Origin: Thermoplasmatota archaeon | GTDB lineage: Archaea; Thermoplasmatota; E2; DHVEG-1; B18-G2 | Direction: 5' to 3' | NCBI GenBank assembly: GCA_029259115.1 | Contig: JAPDJO010000029.1 | Location: 1 to 64,000 of the forward strand | Length of the DNA: 64,000 nucleotides | Shown here: positions 1 through 9,503 of the stretch, piece after piece | How the letters are laid out: each line of letters opens with the position of its first letter | Numbering within the stretch: the first letter of the stretch is position 1 | Position numbers and translations under genes: made by a program | The notes under the pieces: model-generated | The model's database searches: none | Seen by the model: the letters and a program-made list of their open reading frames with translations, nothing else | Told to the model about the DNA's origin: nothing

Positions 1-2
1 GG

Positions 3-434
3 GCTCTATACTTTGGTCATTACTATATGGATGATTGTAGTCTGCCACCAACATTTTCACATGGAAATGTATGGACACTTGGTCTTTATGGCGCCAAGAA
101 TTGGAGCGGTGTTTTTCATGGAGGTTTTTCGACGTACTCATACCTAAACCCTTATCCTTTTTATCCACTATTTCTGTATCTTCTGTATATTGAGATTTAT
201 CTGGACGAATATTCCGGATGGCATGTGAGTGAAACAATGATGGAAATGCTGGATTTTGCCCTGTTTGTACTCTACTTTCCGATATTTTCCCTTTACTATG
301 CTGATCCATATGGGACGGAGATATATTTACCTGGAGCAATAGGATTCTATGGCATATACATAAAAGTACCAATAATTGATCAAGCGTACTTTATGGGTTA
401 CTCTCATGCGGTCTCCATAGAAAATGTTCAATAG
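3..434 (+). CDS. Hypothetical membrane protein, 5'-truncated by window edge; paralogue of next gene
   Basis: Frame open from nt 3 (ALYFGHYYMDD...); shares GxVWTxGLxGxKxWxGxFxG and GxxGIxIKVP...FxGYxHAVSIE motifs with the next ORF. Confidence 0.8.
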   Translation, partial: ALYFGHYYMDDCSLPPTFSHGNVWTLGLYGAKNWSGVFHGGFSTYSYLNPYPFYPLFLYLLYIEIYLDEYSGWHVSETMMEMLDFALFVLYFPIFSLYYADPYGTEIYLPGAIGFYGIYIKVPIIDQAYFMGYSHAVSIENVQ

Positions 435-501
435 AAGTAAATCCATTTTGTACAAAAATTATTTAAGCTCTTACAATGTTTGTAAATGTGGGGTGTACAG
501 A

Positions 502-1620
502 TTGAAAAACAGGGTTGTTTACAGATTGATGGTTCATCTTGTTTTTACTCTGATTATTCTATCCATACTGCCATCCGCTGTTGTGAACAGTGAGAAAAGA
601 TCACAGACAGATTCCAAAGATGTTGTGGAAATATCGATTTTATTTCCTAGATTCGGAAAAGAGTTTGGAAACAGAACTTTGAAGATTTCCAAAGAGAAAT
701 ATGTTAAACTTGGGGAGATATTCAACATTACCCTGGAATCACTTGAAAAGGCAGAAACGGATGAAGAGATATGCAGAATATTCAATGAAACTATTGTGAA
801 GCTTAAAGATATGGGAATTTTATCAGGTATCGATATCAAAAGGTTACAGAGATTAGTAATCAACAGGTACTTGAAGAGCAAGAAATACACACAATTCCTC
901 GAAAAATTAAGCAAGAAATTCAATATTTCGGATAAGGTTGATAATCTGTTTTGCCTTATATGTGGGAGAGTTGATGCCAACAGATCTTTTGATATAGATC
1001 TGCTTTCCCGGGTATATGATCTTGGCGTGCGCTTGCCCATATCTATAACTGCACTCGTAGTGGCCATGCTCTTACGTATGCTACTTCCATCCAGTGACTC
1101 CCTAGAAAACTTCTTAGAATTTCTTTGTTGGATACCCATTGGCATATCATTTATTCATTTACAGTCACCATTGCCAGTATTCGGCGCCCTGTACCTCGGT
1201 GCAGAGGAGATAATTATTTATGACCCCAACGGGAAGACATATCTACGCCCTGCGCATGGTCATGTATGGACTAAGGGGTTAAAAGGGGTTAAGGTGTGGG
1301 ATGGTACATTCTATGGAAATTTTTCTATTTTGTTTTATCCCTACTACCCAATTTTGTCTTATTCCCTGTTGTTGATAGAATATCTCCAGGAAAAAATGCC
1401 CCAATATAGCGATATCCTGAATAAGCTAAGTATCTCTCTACTTCTTCTCAGATTCCCTATACTCATTTTTATGTATAGCATTTTCTCAAATTTCAGATGG
1501 TGCGTAGACTGGCTTCCGGCTGCACTGGGATATAATGGCATTTTTATAAAAGTACCATCCAGCTACAGCTTCTTCATAGGTTATGCTCACGCTGTCTCGA
1601 TAGAGTACGCCGATTTTTAA
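502..1620 (+). CDS. Hypothetical secreted/membrane protein (lineage-expanded family)
   Basis: ORF 424..1620; likely start TTG502 after GGGGTG RBS, followed by a signal-peptide-like segment; internal TM segments. Confidence 0.75.
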   Translation: MKNRVVYRLMVHLVFTLIILSILPSAVVNSEKRSQTDSKDVVEISILFPRFGKEFGNRTLKISKEKYVKLGEIFNITLESLEKAETDEEICRIFNETIVKLKDMGILSGIDIKRLQRLVINRYLKSKKYTQFLEKLSKKFNISDKVDNLFCLICGRVDANRSFDIDLLSRVYDLGVRLPISITALVVAMLLRMLLPSSDSLENFLEFLCWIPIGISFIHLQSPLPVFGALYLGAEEIIIYDPNGKTYLRPAHGHVWTKGLKGVKVWDGTFYGNFSILFYPYYPILSYSLLLIEYLQEKMPQYSDILNKLSISLLLLRFPILIFMYSIFSNFRWCVDWLPAALGYNGIFIKVPSSYSFFIGYAHAVSIEYADF

Positions 1621-1698
1621 GTGATAAAATTTCATTGTTTCCTTGCTTTTCGATTTATTTAAATACCTTTTATCTTATCCACCTTCTGAACATCAGAT

Positions 1699-1821
1699 GG
1701 CCCGGGTGGTGTAGCGGTAACATAAGGGACTGTGGAGAGGGGCTTCGCCCCTTCTAACCCTGCAGAATCCGGAATCCCTTGCAGAGATCCCTTGTCCCGA
1801 GTTCAAATCTCGGCCCGGGCC
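1699..1821 (+). tRNA. tRNA-His(GTG) with 51-nt intron (1736-1786) at canonical 37/38 and genomic G-1
   Basis: Acceptor GCCCGGG/CCCGGGC, anticodon stem AGGGA/TCCCT, anticodon GTG 1732-1734, T arm CCGAG-TTCAAAT-CTCGG, C73; bulge-helix-bulge can form (CUGU with GCAG 1781-1784). Confidence 0.93.
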
Positions 1822-3114
1822 TTATCCAATGACCCTCTCCCACTTCTTCACATTCAGAACCTTTCCAAGAGAACTTCCCCTTTTGATCTCCTCTCTTATC
1901 CTGTCTTCATGCTCCTTGACATCCAGAGATCTGTTTGCTATCTCCTGTGCTATCTCCTGAGGAATCACCACAACTCCAGAATCGTCACCAACTATCCAGT
2001 CTCCCGTTCTTACGGTCTGTCCACCACATTTGATTTCCACACCTATCTCTCCAAATCCTTTTGGTTCCCCAGCATTCGATGAAACGTTTCTGCAGAATAC
2101 GGGAAAATCCATTTTCAGGAGATCGTCGAGATCCCTCACCGCCCCATCTACAACAACACCAGCAAGACTTTTCATCTTCGCGCTCCATGTTGCAAGCTCT
2201 CCCCATACGGCAGTATCTCCAGAGCCAGCATCTATTACAAGCACATCTCCAGGTTCTGCTTTGTCTATGGCTTCTATAGGCTTAGCCCAGTCACCATCCA
2301 TGGTTTTAACGGTCAGAGCCCTTCCAACCATGTGAAAACCAGATTTTATAGGTCTGATTCCGTGCATCGCCCCCTTCCTGTGCATGGCATCAGATATGTT
2401 TGGCGTTGAAACCTTCGAGAATGCTTTCCTCAATTCCTCCTTGCTGTACTTTTTATAGAGTTCAACTTTGATCTTCTTCCTCTCGCTCATGGCTTTCTTT
2501 ATCATCCTTGTAGCTTCGGTGACATTCGGGGCTTTCGTTATCGCTCCTCCAACGATTATTATCGATGCTCCAGCATTCACAGCATCAACTACTGTCTCGC
2601 TGTTCAGACCACCCGCAATCGCTACAGGAATATCTACGTTCTTCACGATCTCCTTCGTTATCTGTATGGGATTTTCTCCCCTCATCTGCTCATCTATACC
2701 AACATGAACGCATATGTAATCGACCCCCAATTTCTCAAGTTCCTTTGCTCTCTTTACTTTATTATCAACTCCGATGACATCAACCATAACCTTTGTACCA
2801 TACTTTCTGCTCGCTCTCACCGCCTCTTTTATAGTTTCATCATCGGCAACTCCAAGAATACAAACAACATCTGCTCCAGCCTTTGATGCTATCTCTACTT
2901 CCAAGGCCCCAGTGTCCATGGTCTTCATATCAGCGACTATTGTTTTGTCTGGAAATTCCTTCTTCAACTTCCTTACGATTTCGAGACCTTCGCTTTTTAT
3001 CAAAGGTGTGCCAGCTTCAAGCCAGTCGGCGCCGCCCTCGATAGATTCCTTTGCTATCTGTATAGCTCTGTGACCGTTTATCAGATCCAGGGCCACCTGA
3101 AGGATGGGTTTCAT
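1822..3114 (-). CDS. 3-hexulose-6-phosphate synthase fused to RraA/HMG-aldolase-like domain
   Basis: True start MKPILQVALD; EAGTPLIK and ADMKTMDTG motifs; C-terminal STPNISDA, WGEL, DGAVRD, GDWIVGDDSGVV. Confidence 0.9.
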   Translation of the reverse strand: MKPILQVALDLINGHRAIQIAKESIEGGADWLEAGTPLIKSEGLEIVRKLKKEFPDKTIVADMKTMDTGALEVEIASKAGADVVCILGVADDETIKEAVRASRKYGTKVMVDVIGVDNKVKRAKELEKLGVDYICVHVGIDEQMRGENPIQITKEIVKNVDIPVAIAGGLNSETVVDAVNAGASIIIVGGAITKAPNVTEATRMIKKAMSERKKIKVELYKKYSKEELRKAFSKVSTPNISDAMHRKGAMHGIRPIKSGFHMVGRALTVKTMDGDWAKPIEAIDKAEPGDVLVIDAGSGDTAVWGELATWSAKMKSLAGVVVDGAVRDLDDLLKMDFPVFCRNVSSNAGEPKGFGEIGVEIKCGGQTVRTGDWIVGDDSGVVVIPQEIAQEIANRSLDVKEHEDRIREEIKRGSSLGKVLNVKKWERVIG

Positions 3115-3215
3115 GATATTGCATATTCTCGAGGGATTTAAAAGGTGTGTAGGTGCTATTGAAATAATCGGTAATGGTTGCTTATCAGCCTTCGACTCAC
3201 CAAGATGGTGAAATC

Positions 3216-4430
3216 TTATGTTGAGATTGGAAGAGACTCGGAACCTGAATATCCCTTCTTTTCGTACAACTTCTTGAGTATTATCGGCGTGAGTATCGAA
3301 GATACTATGACGTAGATGATAGTCGTTGTGATGATGGCTGTACCCATCTCGATGCCAAATACGCCGGAGGAATATGCTAGGGCTGCAATAACCAGCGCTA
3401 CCTCCATCTCGGGAACCATCCCGATTCCCACACATAGCGATTCTCTTGCGCTCATACCGCCAAGTTTTGCTCCAAATCCGCATCCCACTATCTTTCCCAT
3501 AAAGGCTAAAGGAATTACGGCAAGCAGGAGAAGATTGAAACATGAGATGAGTTCAAAGTCAACCAGTATTCCAACTTTTACAAAGAAAATGGGAATGAAC
3601 ACCGCAGAAGAGATTACTCTGATTGGCATCGTTATTTTCCTTGAATGTCTTGATTGCCCCATGAGTAAGCCGGCAAAATATGCACCTGTTATAGGTGCAA
3701 TCTTTGATAACTGTGCAAAATATGCAAGCAATAACATTATACCAAAGGCAACACTAGTCATCCCAAAAGGTATATGAAGGAATTTATCAGCCCAATCCAT
3801 CATTCTTTCAATCAATCTATATCTCGAAACAAGATAAAGTGCAAGGAAAAATAAGGTTATTCCAATAACCACTTCTATGATTTCTCCACTGCTCAGCACA
3901 ACGGTTACAAGCACTATTCCAAAAATGTCATCCACAACTGCTGCTGCCAAAATCGTGTTTCCAACTCTGGTGTGCAGGATTCCCATATCCATCATCGTTC
4001 TTGCGGTGACTCCAACGCTTGTAGCGGTATAGATCGTACCAAATGCCATTGCTGCTTTTATATCAAAGTTCAGTAGGTAAAGAGAGAATAAGAATCCAAA
4101 GAGGAATGTGATTAGAACTCCGAAGATTCCCGTCAAAAGGGCGCTTTTTTCGCTCTTTTTAAAATCTTCCAAATTTGTTTCCATACCAGATAAAAAGAGG
4201 AGAGAGAGGATTCCCATATCTGCAAAGAAATCGAAGGCTGGATGGTTGATATCCAGATTAAGTGAGAATTCATGATTTATAAAGTGCATGGTTGGAGGAA
4301 GAAGGAAAGATACGAGAGAGAAGAAGATACCGATCAGAATCTCGCCCACAACAGGGGGCAGTTTTTTCCTTATAAATATTTCGTCCATGATTTTTGTGAG
4401 AATCAATGCCAGTGCGAGTTCAACGAGCAT
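3216..4430 (-). CDS. Cation:proton antiporter, CPA2 (KefB/NapA-like)
   Basis: Many TM helices; PPVVGEILIG, LFLSGMET, TATSVG, AAVVDD motifs. Confidence 0.92.
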   Translation of the reverse strand: MLVELALALILTKIMDEIFIRKKLPPVVGEILIGIFFSLVSFLLPPTMHFINHEFSLNLDINHPAFDFFADMGILSLLFLSGMETNLEDFKKSEKSALLTGIFGVLITFLFGFLFSLYLLNFDIKAAMAFGTIYTATSVGVTARTMMDMGILHTRVGNTILAAAVVDDIFGIVLVTVVLSSGEIIEVVIGITLFFLALYLVSRYRLIERMMDWADKFLHIPFGMTSVAFGIMLLLAYFAQLSKIAPITGAYFAGLLMGQSRHSRKITMPIRVISSAVFIPIFFVKVGILVDFELISCFNLLLLAVIPLAFMGKIVGCGFGAKLGGMSARESLCVGIGMVPEMEVALVIAALAYSSGVFGIEMGTAIITTTIIYVIVSSILTPIILKKLYEKKGYSGSESLPIST

Positions 4431-4869
4431 GCTTATTTACCTCTACCCATGCCCTTATTAATTCAAGAATATTCAGATCCCCGATGACATGCATATTTTC
4501 ATCCACGACGGGCAACTCTTCCAGACTGTTCTTAAACATCTTTTTGAATGCAACTTCAAGAGTGTCATCGTCTCTTACATATACGGGTGGAAGCATTATA
4601 TCTCTCGCCTTTGTTTCACCGCTAAGTTTCATTGGAAAATGGTATGAAATATACTCCTCCGGAATATATTTGCAGTAAAGATACTGCACAAGTTCAATTA
4701 CCGGTATTATTCCCACGAGTCTCTCTCTACCATCTAAAACATAGACCGATCTGGTCTTTGGGTCCTCAATAATCTTCTCTGCAACCTCCAAAAGATTATC
4801 ATCTTCGTGAACGATCGATACCTGCTGGGTGATAAGGTTCTTTATGTTCTTTACTTTTATTCTCTCCAT
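4420..4869 (-). CDS. CBS-domain pair protein, overlapping/coupled to the antiporter
   Basis: Start MERIKVK; two CBS motifs (VYVLD..RLVGII; LPVVDE..VIGDL). Confidence 0.88.
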   Translation of the reverse strand: MERIKVKNIKNLITQQVSIVHEDDNLLEVAEKIIEDPKTRSVYVLDGRERLVGIIPVIELVQYLYCKYIPEEYISYHFPMKLSGETKARDIMLPPVYVRDDDTLEVAFKKMFKNSLEELPVVDENMHVIGDLNILELIRAWVEVNKHAR

Positions 4870-4894
4870 ATACAGTAATTTCCAAAGGTCCAAG

Positions 4895-4987
4895 AAATAG
4901 AAAAAATTTGGGGTGAATCTTCCATTTAGGAGCGGCGCCGCCTTCACAGTATTTTGTAAAAATAACTCAGCGACCTGAACTCTCTTG
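4895..4987 (-). promoter_or_regulatory. Candidate structured 5' leader (possible Na+/cation riboswitch)
   Basis: GUCGCU(4974-4969)/GGCGGC(4942-4937) stem, inner A/U hairpin, GUGAA bulge, downstream U-tract; lies upstream of the CBS-antiporter operon. Confidence 0.45.
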
Positions 4988-5020
4988 AGATTTCTATCAT
5001 ATCCACTAAAACAATTGATA

Positions 5021-5683
5021 TTACAGAAATCCGAGCGCCTCCTCGATCCTATTCATCTCTATACCTGTTGTAAGACTTCCTATTACAGCTCCGTGAGAGT
5101 TTGCTATAATACCGCTTCCTATCAAAGGTACTCCGTGATTTACGGTTCCGACCATTACATCTATTTTAAAAGTTTTCTCTAGAAGTTCTCTTTCCTTCTC
5201 CTCGATTTTGGGATGACAAAGCAGTCCTTTGTTGGTCACAACCGCAGCCATACCAACGGTTTTCAATCCTGCTATTGTACCTGTTCTTACTGGCACTCCA
5301 AATACCTCTTCCATCTTTTTGATATTGTATCGCCTTATATCAGGATGGACAAGGGCTCCATTATCATTAACTAGAATGTTATTCCCTGCTGCATTATGTC
5401 TATCTTGAATAACAAATACTTTGAAACCTTCTTCTTCCAATATCCTTACACTCTCATCATCAGCCGTATTTGAGATGACAGCTCCATGGGAGTTTATGGC
5501 TAATAATGATCCAATTATGGAACTTTCTGAGATACTCATCTCTACAACCTTTACATTCAATGCCTTCGAAATCTTGCTTTTTACTCTCTTTGTTAAATTT
5601 TTCCTTAGGAAAACGATTTCGTCATTTGCTCTTGCGAATATTCCAACATGAGGATTCCTATCAAAGTCAAGTTGTTCCAGCAT
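5021..5683 (-). CDS. eif6: Translation initiation factor 6 (aIF6)
   Basis: GNNILVND.GALVHP, GTIAG..TVG, GTVNHG.P.IGSG; conserved synteny with L31e. Confidence 0.96.
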   Translation of the reverse strand: MLEQLDFDRNPHVGIFARANDEIVFLRKNLTKRVKSKISKALNVKVVEMSISESSIIGSLLAINSHGAVISNTADDESVRILEEEGFKVFVIQDRHNAAGNNILVNDNGALVHPDIRRYNIKKMEEVFGVPVRTGTIAGLKTVGMAAVVTNKGLLCHPKIEEKERELLEKTFKIDVMVGTVNHGVPLIGSGIIANSHGAVIGSLTTGIEMNRIEEALGFL

Positions 5684-5686
5684 GCA

Positions 5687-6322
5687 TCACTTCTCTTTTT
5701 GTTCTTCTGGTTTCTCTTTAACCTTCTCTTTGTCATCACTTTCCTTTTTTTCTTCAGGTGGTTCCTCTATTTTTGCTTCATCTCCCTTCTTCTCTGTATC
5801 AACTTCTTTGCCTTTTTCTTCTGGCTTCTCAGATTCTTTCGCCTCTTTTTCTTCCTCTTTCACTTCTTCGATTTTAGCAATTCTTTTCTCCTTGTCCTCC
5901 TCTGTTTTTTCTTCGGTCTCTCCTTCAATCTCTGCAGGCTTTTCCTCACCTTCCTTCTTTTCTTCCTCAGCTTCCTCCTCTTTCTTCTTAAGTATAGGCT
6001 TCTTTGATTCTTTTATTACTTTGAGTTCTTCTCTGAAGGATTTAAACTCAACTTCTGGAAGAGATACCTCAACGACTCCATCATCAAATCTAACAGCTCT
6101 CACCCTTATCTTACTCGGTATCTTATACTTGCCTCTAGACCATATTGCATGATTTACAGATTCATCGATCCATATCTTTTCTGTATCAACTTTCATGTGT
6201 CTAGACAAAAATTTTCTTATTGTCTTTATTGCTCTGGGTGCAGCCTTTGAAGAAGGGCCATGTTTTGCGCCCCTTAAAGGTATAACATATATCCTTTCCA
6301 ATTCCTTCTCTGCCATAGCCAT
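5687..6322 (-). CDS. rpl31e: 50S ribosomal protein L31e with long acidic/lysine-rich C-terminal tail
   Basis: ERIYVIPLR...APRAIK.IRKFL.RHMK...N.AIWSRG...P.KIRV; followed by about 120 aa rich in E/K. Confidence 0.95.
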   Translation of the reverse strand: MAMAEKELERIYVIPLRGAKHGPSSKAAPRAIKTIRKFLSRHMKVDTEKIWIDESVNHAIWSRGKYKIPSKIRVRAVRFDDGVVEVSLPEVEFKSFREELKVIKESKKPILKKKEEEAEEEKKEGEEKPAEIEGETEEKTEEDKEKRIAKIEEVKEEEKEAKESEKPEEKGKEVDTEKKGDEAKIEEPPEEKKESDDKEKVKEKPEEQKEK

Positions 6323-6477
6323 CACTTCTGAAGTTTACTTCTTCTCCAATTTCTTATCTTAGGATGCCTAAGAAATCTCCTACTAGTTCTTATGACTACC
6401 CACGCAGGAACCCTTCTATTGCTCTTTAGAGCTTTTAGCAGCCTCAGTTTTTTTGCCAAAGGTTTGTGCCTTGCCAT
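6322..6477 (-). CDS. rpl39e: 50S ribosomal protein L39e (not in ORF track)
   Basis: Hand translation [51 protein letters not shown]. Confidence 0.96.
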   Translation of the reverse strand: MARHKPLAKKLRLLKALKSNRRVPAWVVIRTSRRFLRHPKIRNWRRSKLQK

Positions 6478-6821
6478 TATAATCCCCTTCTTTCTATCTT
6501 AATATCTCTTTTACTTTTGGCTAGTTTAGCTAGGAGAGCTTTCAGTTGAGTGTCATCAATTTTACTTCTTATCTTTCCGCTCTGAGCTAAGATTATGAGT
6601 TGATCTTCTATTGCTCTCGCAAATTCTGGTCTTGCCATCTTTATCCTAGCCAACCTTTCTCTTGCTTCATGAGTCAGTATCAGGGAAAGGATTCTTCTCC
6701 TCTCTTCCTCTATCTCTTCCCTTTCCAATTCTTCCTGTTCCTGTATAGCTTGCTGATATGCGAGTTGTCTTTTCAATTCCTCCAATTTTCTCCTTTTTAT
6801 CTCTTCTAGGTCTTCATCCAT
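6477..6821 (-). CDS. PDCD5-like DNA-binding protein
   Basis: [28 protein letters not shown]; typical synteny. Confidence 0.93.
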   Translation of the reverse strand: MDEDLEEIKRRKLEELKRQLAYQQAIQEQEELEREEIEEERRRILSLILTHEARERLARIKMARPEFARAIEDQLIILAQSGKIRSKIDDTQLKALLAKLAKSKRDIKIERRGL

Positions 6822-6831
6822 ATCAATTCCT

Positions 6832-7284
6832 TCAGTACTTCTTTAGTTCAGGTATCTGCTCTTCCAACTCAAGCTTAACCTCATGGGCAGTATTATCTAC
6901 AAATGATTGACCTTTTGGAGTTATAACTCTACCCTTTCCCTTAATTTTTGTAACATAACCAGCTTCCTCTAACTGTTGAAGTGCCTTTCTTACTATAGAT
7001 CCGCTTCCCTTTACTGCTCTGTAAGGTTTTGATCCTTTGTCCTTCTTCCCACCATATTCTGCTCTTAGCCTTTCTATACCAATACTCTTTCTGATATATA
7101 CTTTCCTAAGTATGGATGCACACCTTGTGTACCACCAGTCTGGATCCATAGGGGGATTCTCGGAATGAGGACCTGTCTTTACGAATCTGGCCCATTCCGG
7201 CGGCGTAAATGTCTTATCCTTCTTCAATTTCTCTGCAATCTTCTTGATTAATGCATCTGCTGGAACATCATATGCGGTTGTCAT
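6832..7284 (-). CDS. rps19e: 30S ribosomal protein S19e
   Basis: [27 protein letters not shown]. Confidence 0.97.
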   Translation of the reverse strand: MTTAYDVPADALIKKIAEKLKKDKTFTPPEWARFVKTGPHSENPPMDPDWWYTRCASILRKVYIRKSIGIERLRAEYGGKKDKGSKPYRAVKGSGSIVRKALQQLEEAGYVTKIKGKGRVITPKGQSFVDNTAHEVKLELEEQIPELKKY

Positions 7285-7333
7285 ATTCCATATCTCCTTA
7301 TTTTAAAAGGCTGTAAGGGGTATTTAACATTAG

Positions 7334-7675
7334 TTATTTAAGGATAGCGAAAGATTTTTCTTTCAGAGGTATCCTTTTGTAGGAACCACAACGATAACAA
7401 TATATGATCAATTTTCCTCTACCAGTCCTTATCCTCGCATTAACCCCTGGAAGAAGAAATCTATAGCATTTCTTGCAAAATAAGAGCTTGTATTTTTTTG
7501 GTATTCTCACTCTATATTTCATTCCGATCTTTCTTGCTATCTCAACATATCTATCTGCTCTATCCATCCTGTTCCTTAAAGCCTCCTTTTCAGCAAGCTC
7601 GAAAAGTTCTGATATTCTCTGTTTCGCTATGGTCTTGTATAGTCTTTTCTCTCTCCTTCGGACTTTTCTCGGCAT
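7334..7675 (-). CDS. rnp4: Ribonuclease P protein component 4 (Rpp21)
   Basis: IA.QRI..LF, FCKKC..L.PG, C..CG...R Zn ribbon. Confidence 0.93.
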   Translation of the reverse strand: MPRKVRRREKRLYKTIAKQRISELFELAEKEALRNRMDRADRYVEIARKIGMKYRVRIPKKYKLLFCKKCYRFLLPGVNARIRTGRGKLIIYCYRCGSYKRIPLKEKSFAILK

Positions 7676-7791
7676 TCTCCAGATGTTAAGGCTTTTCTAT
7701 ATTTTAACTTAATTTGCTATCCACATTATTTTTATTCAGATTCTCAAAAATTATATAAATCGATATCAAGTTTGAATTAAAGGTAGATACG

Positions 7792-8526
7792 ATGAGGAAA
7801 ACATACATCTTTCTATTTTTAGGGCTGATGATACCAATAATAATTCTATCGAATGTAAGCATATCTGTTTCATCTACAGATGGTCACCATATCACAGAAA
7901 TTGAAAGACCTGCCGAGGGAAAAATTTACTTCAACGATAAGGAGTTGTTCTTTACAAGTGTGGGAAATAAAACTATAGTTATTGGGCCTATAACTGTTAT
8001 TGTAAGAGGATTTTTTTCAAAAATGATAAGAAAGGTTGAGATAAAGATAGACAATAACACGATACACAGCGGAAGTTTCGGTCCTGTAGCATGTAGGATA
8101 AACAAAAAGCTAATGGGTATGCATGAGCTCAAGATTGTTGTGCATTTTAGATCACCCAAGATAGATCCTTTCATTTTGACTAGAAAAATATTCTTCTTCA
8201 ATCCTGTTCCGCAGTTGTTCGATATCAAGGGTACAATAGTAGGCGTTGTATTTGAAGGAAATAGCAGTTCCTACGATGCTAGATTAGGAGGAATTAATGT
8301 AACCATCATACCAGTGAATCGCGATACTTCGGGAAATAATACTCCAGTAACCGTAACAACAGGGTATATGCTTCTCAACAGAGGAAAATTCAGAGTAAGG
8401 GTTAAACCGGGACCGTATTACATACATATAAGAGAGGTTGGCTACAAACCATGGGAAGAAATGGTTATTGTGCGTGCAGGAGCAAAAACAAGAGTGAAGA
8501 TACATCTGGAAAGCCTAGCCTCTTAA
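7792..8526 (+). CDS. Secreted protein with C-terminal carboxypeptidase-regulatory/PEGA-like domain
   Basis: Signal peptide; G.I.G.V...GKF...PG.Y.I....GY pattern. Confidence 0.65.
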   Translation: MRKTYIFLFLGLMIPIIILSNVSISVSSTDGHHITEIERPAEGKIYFNDKELFFTSVGNKTIVIGPITVIVRGFFSKMIRKVEIKIDNNTIHSGSFGPVACRINKKLMGMHELKIVVHFRSPKIDPFILTRKIFFFNPVPQLFDIKGTIVGVVFEGNSSSYDARLGGINVTIIPVNRDTSGNNTPVTVTTGYMLLNRGKFRVRVKPGPYYIHIREVGYKPWEEMVIVRAGAKTRVKIHLESLAS

Positions 8527-8568
8527 CTCAAAAAATTCATATATCTTTTCCTGTATTTTTCACTGATA

Positions 8569-9048
8569 ATGAAGATACTAGTGGTTTATTATTCGAGAAC
8601 AGGAAATACGGAGATGCTTGCAAGGGCTATCGCTGAAGGCGTAAAGGCAGAAGGAATCGAATGTGTATTGAAAAGAGCAAGCGATGTTAAAAGAGAGGAC
8701 TTTCTTGAGGCAGATGGAATAATAGCTGGATCACCTGTATACTTTGGAAGCATGGCATCTGAACTTAAGAAGGTCTTTGATGAATTTGTCGATATAAGGG
8801 AGGAAATGGAAGGTAAAATAGGTGCAGCATTTGCAACATCTGGGGATAAATCCGGTGGAAAGGAAACAACATTGCTTTCTATAATACAAGCTATGCTAAT
8901 ATATGGGATGATAATTGTTGGCGATCCCATGGATGCCACAGGACACTACGGTGTATCATGTACAGGTAGACCATCATCTAGAGATCTTGAGAATGCAAGG
9001 AAGTTGGGTAAAAGAGTAGCAAATCTAGTCAAGAGGCTGAGAGCTTGA
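8569..9048 (+). CDS. WrbA-like flavodoxin (NAD(P)H:quinone oxidoreductase family)
   Basis: YYSRTGNT, GSPVYFG, GKIGAAFAT...GGKET. Confidence 0.88.
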   Translation: MKILVVYYSRTGNTEMLARAIAEGVKAEGIECVLKRASDVKREDFLEADGIIAGSPVYFGSMASELKKVFDEFVDIREEMEGKIGAAFATSGDKSGGKETTLLSIIQAMLIYGMIIVGDPMDATGHYGVSCTGRPSSRDLENARKLGKRVANLVKRLRA

Positions 9049-9503
9049 GCAAAAAGATACTCATTGTTTATGAAAGTGTTCATAACAGAAATACGGAAAA
9101 GATAGCAAATATCCTTGGAGAGTTTTTAGACGGTGATATCTTCAGAGTTAGAGAGATAGATCATAGTATACTCCTAGATTACGACGTGATAGGATTTGGT
9201 TCAGGGATCTATTTCGGAAAACACCATAAATCACTTTTTGAGCTTCTAGAAGAGATAGACAGGTTGGAGAAGAAAGCCTTCATTTTCTCAACGAGATCTA
9301 TAACACCTCAGTCTGTAGCTCACAAAAACCTAAAGAGAGAATTAATGGAGAGAGGAGCGGATATATTAGGAGAACTCTCGTGTAAAGGGGAAAATAGAGT
9401 AGGACCCTTCAAACTTCTAGGCGGAATATGTAAAGGCAGACCAGATGAGAGAGATGTAGAAAAAACCAAGATGTTTGCAAGGAGATTGATAGAAAGATTA
9501 TAG
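9045..9503 (+). CDS. Flavodoxin-domain protein
   Basis: YES.H..NTEKIA, GFGSGIY, GRPD. Confidence 0.85.
   Translation: MSKKILIVYESVHNRNTEKIANILGEFLDGDIFRVREIDHSILLDYDVIGFGSGIYFGKHHKSLFELLEEIDRLEKKAFIFSTRSITPQSVAHKNLKRELMERGADILGELSCKGENRVGPFKLLGGICKGRPDERDVEKTKMFARRLIERL

Noticed and set aside
1732-2082. 116-aa plus-strand ORF
   Set aside because: Starts inside tRNA-His and is antisense to HPS
3115-3543. N-terminal extension of the 573-aa HPS ORF
   Set aside because: Overlaps the antiporter in another frame; homology begins at MKPILQ (3114)
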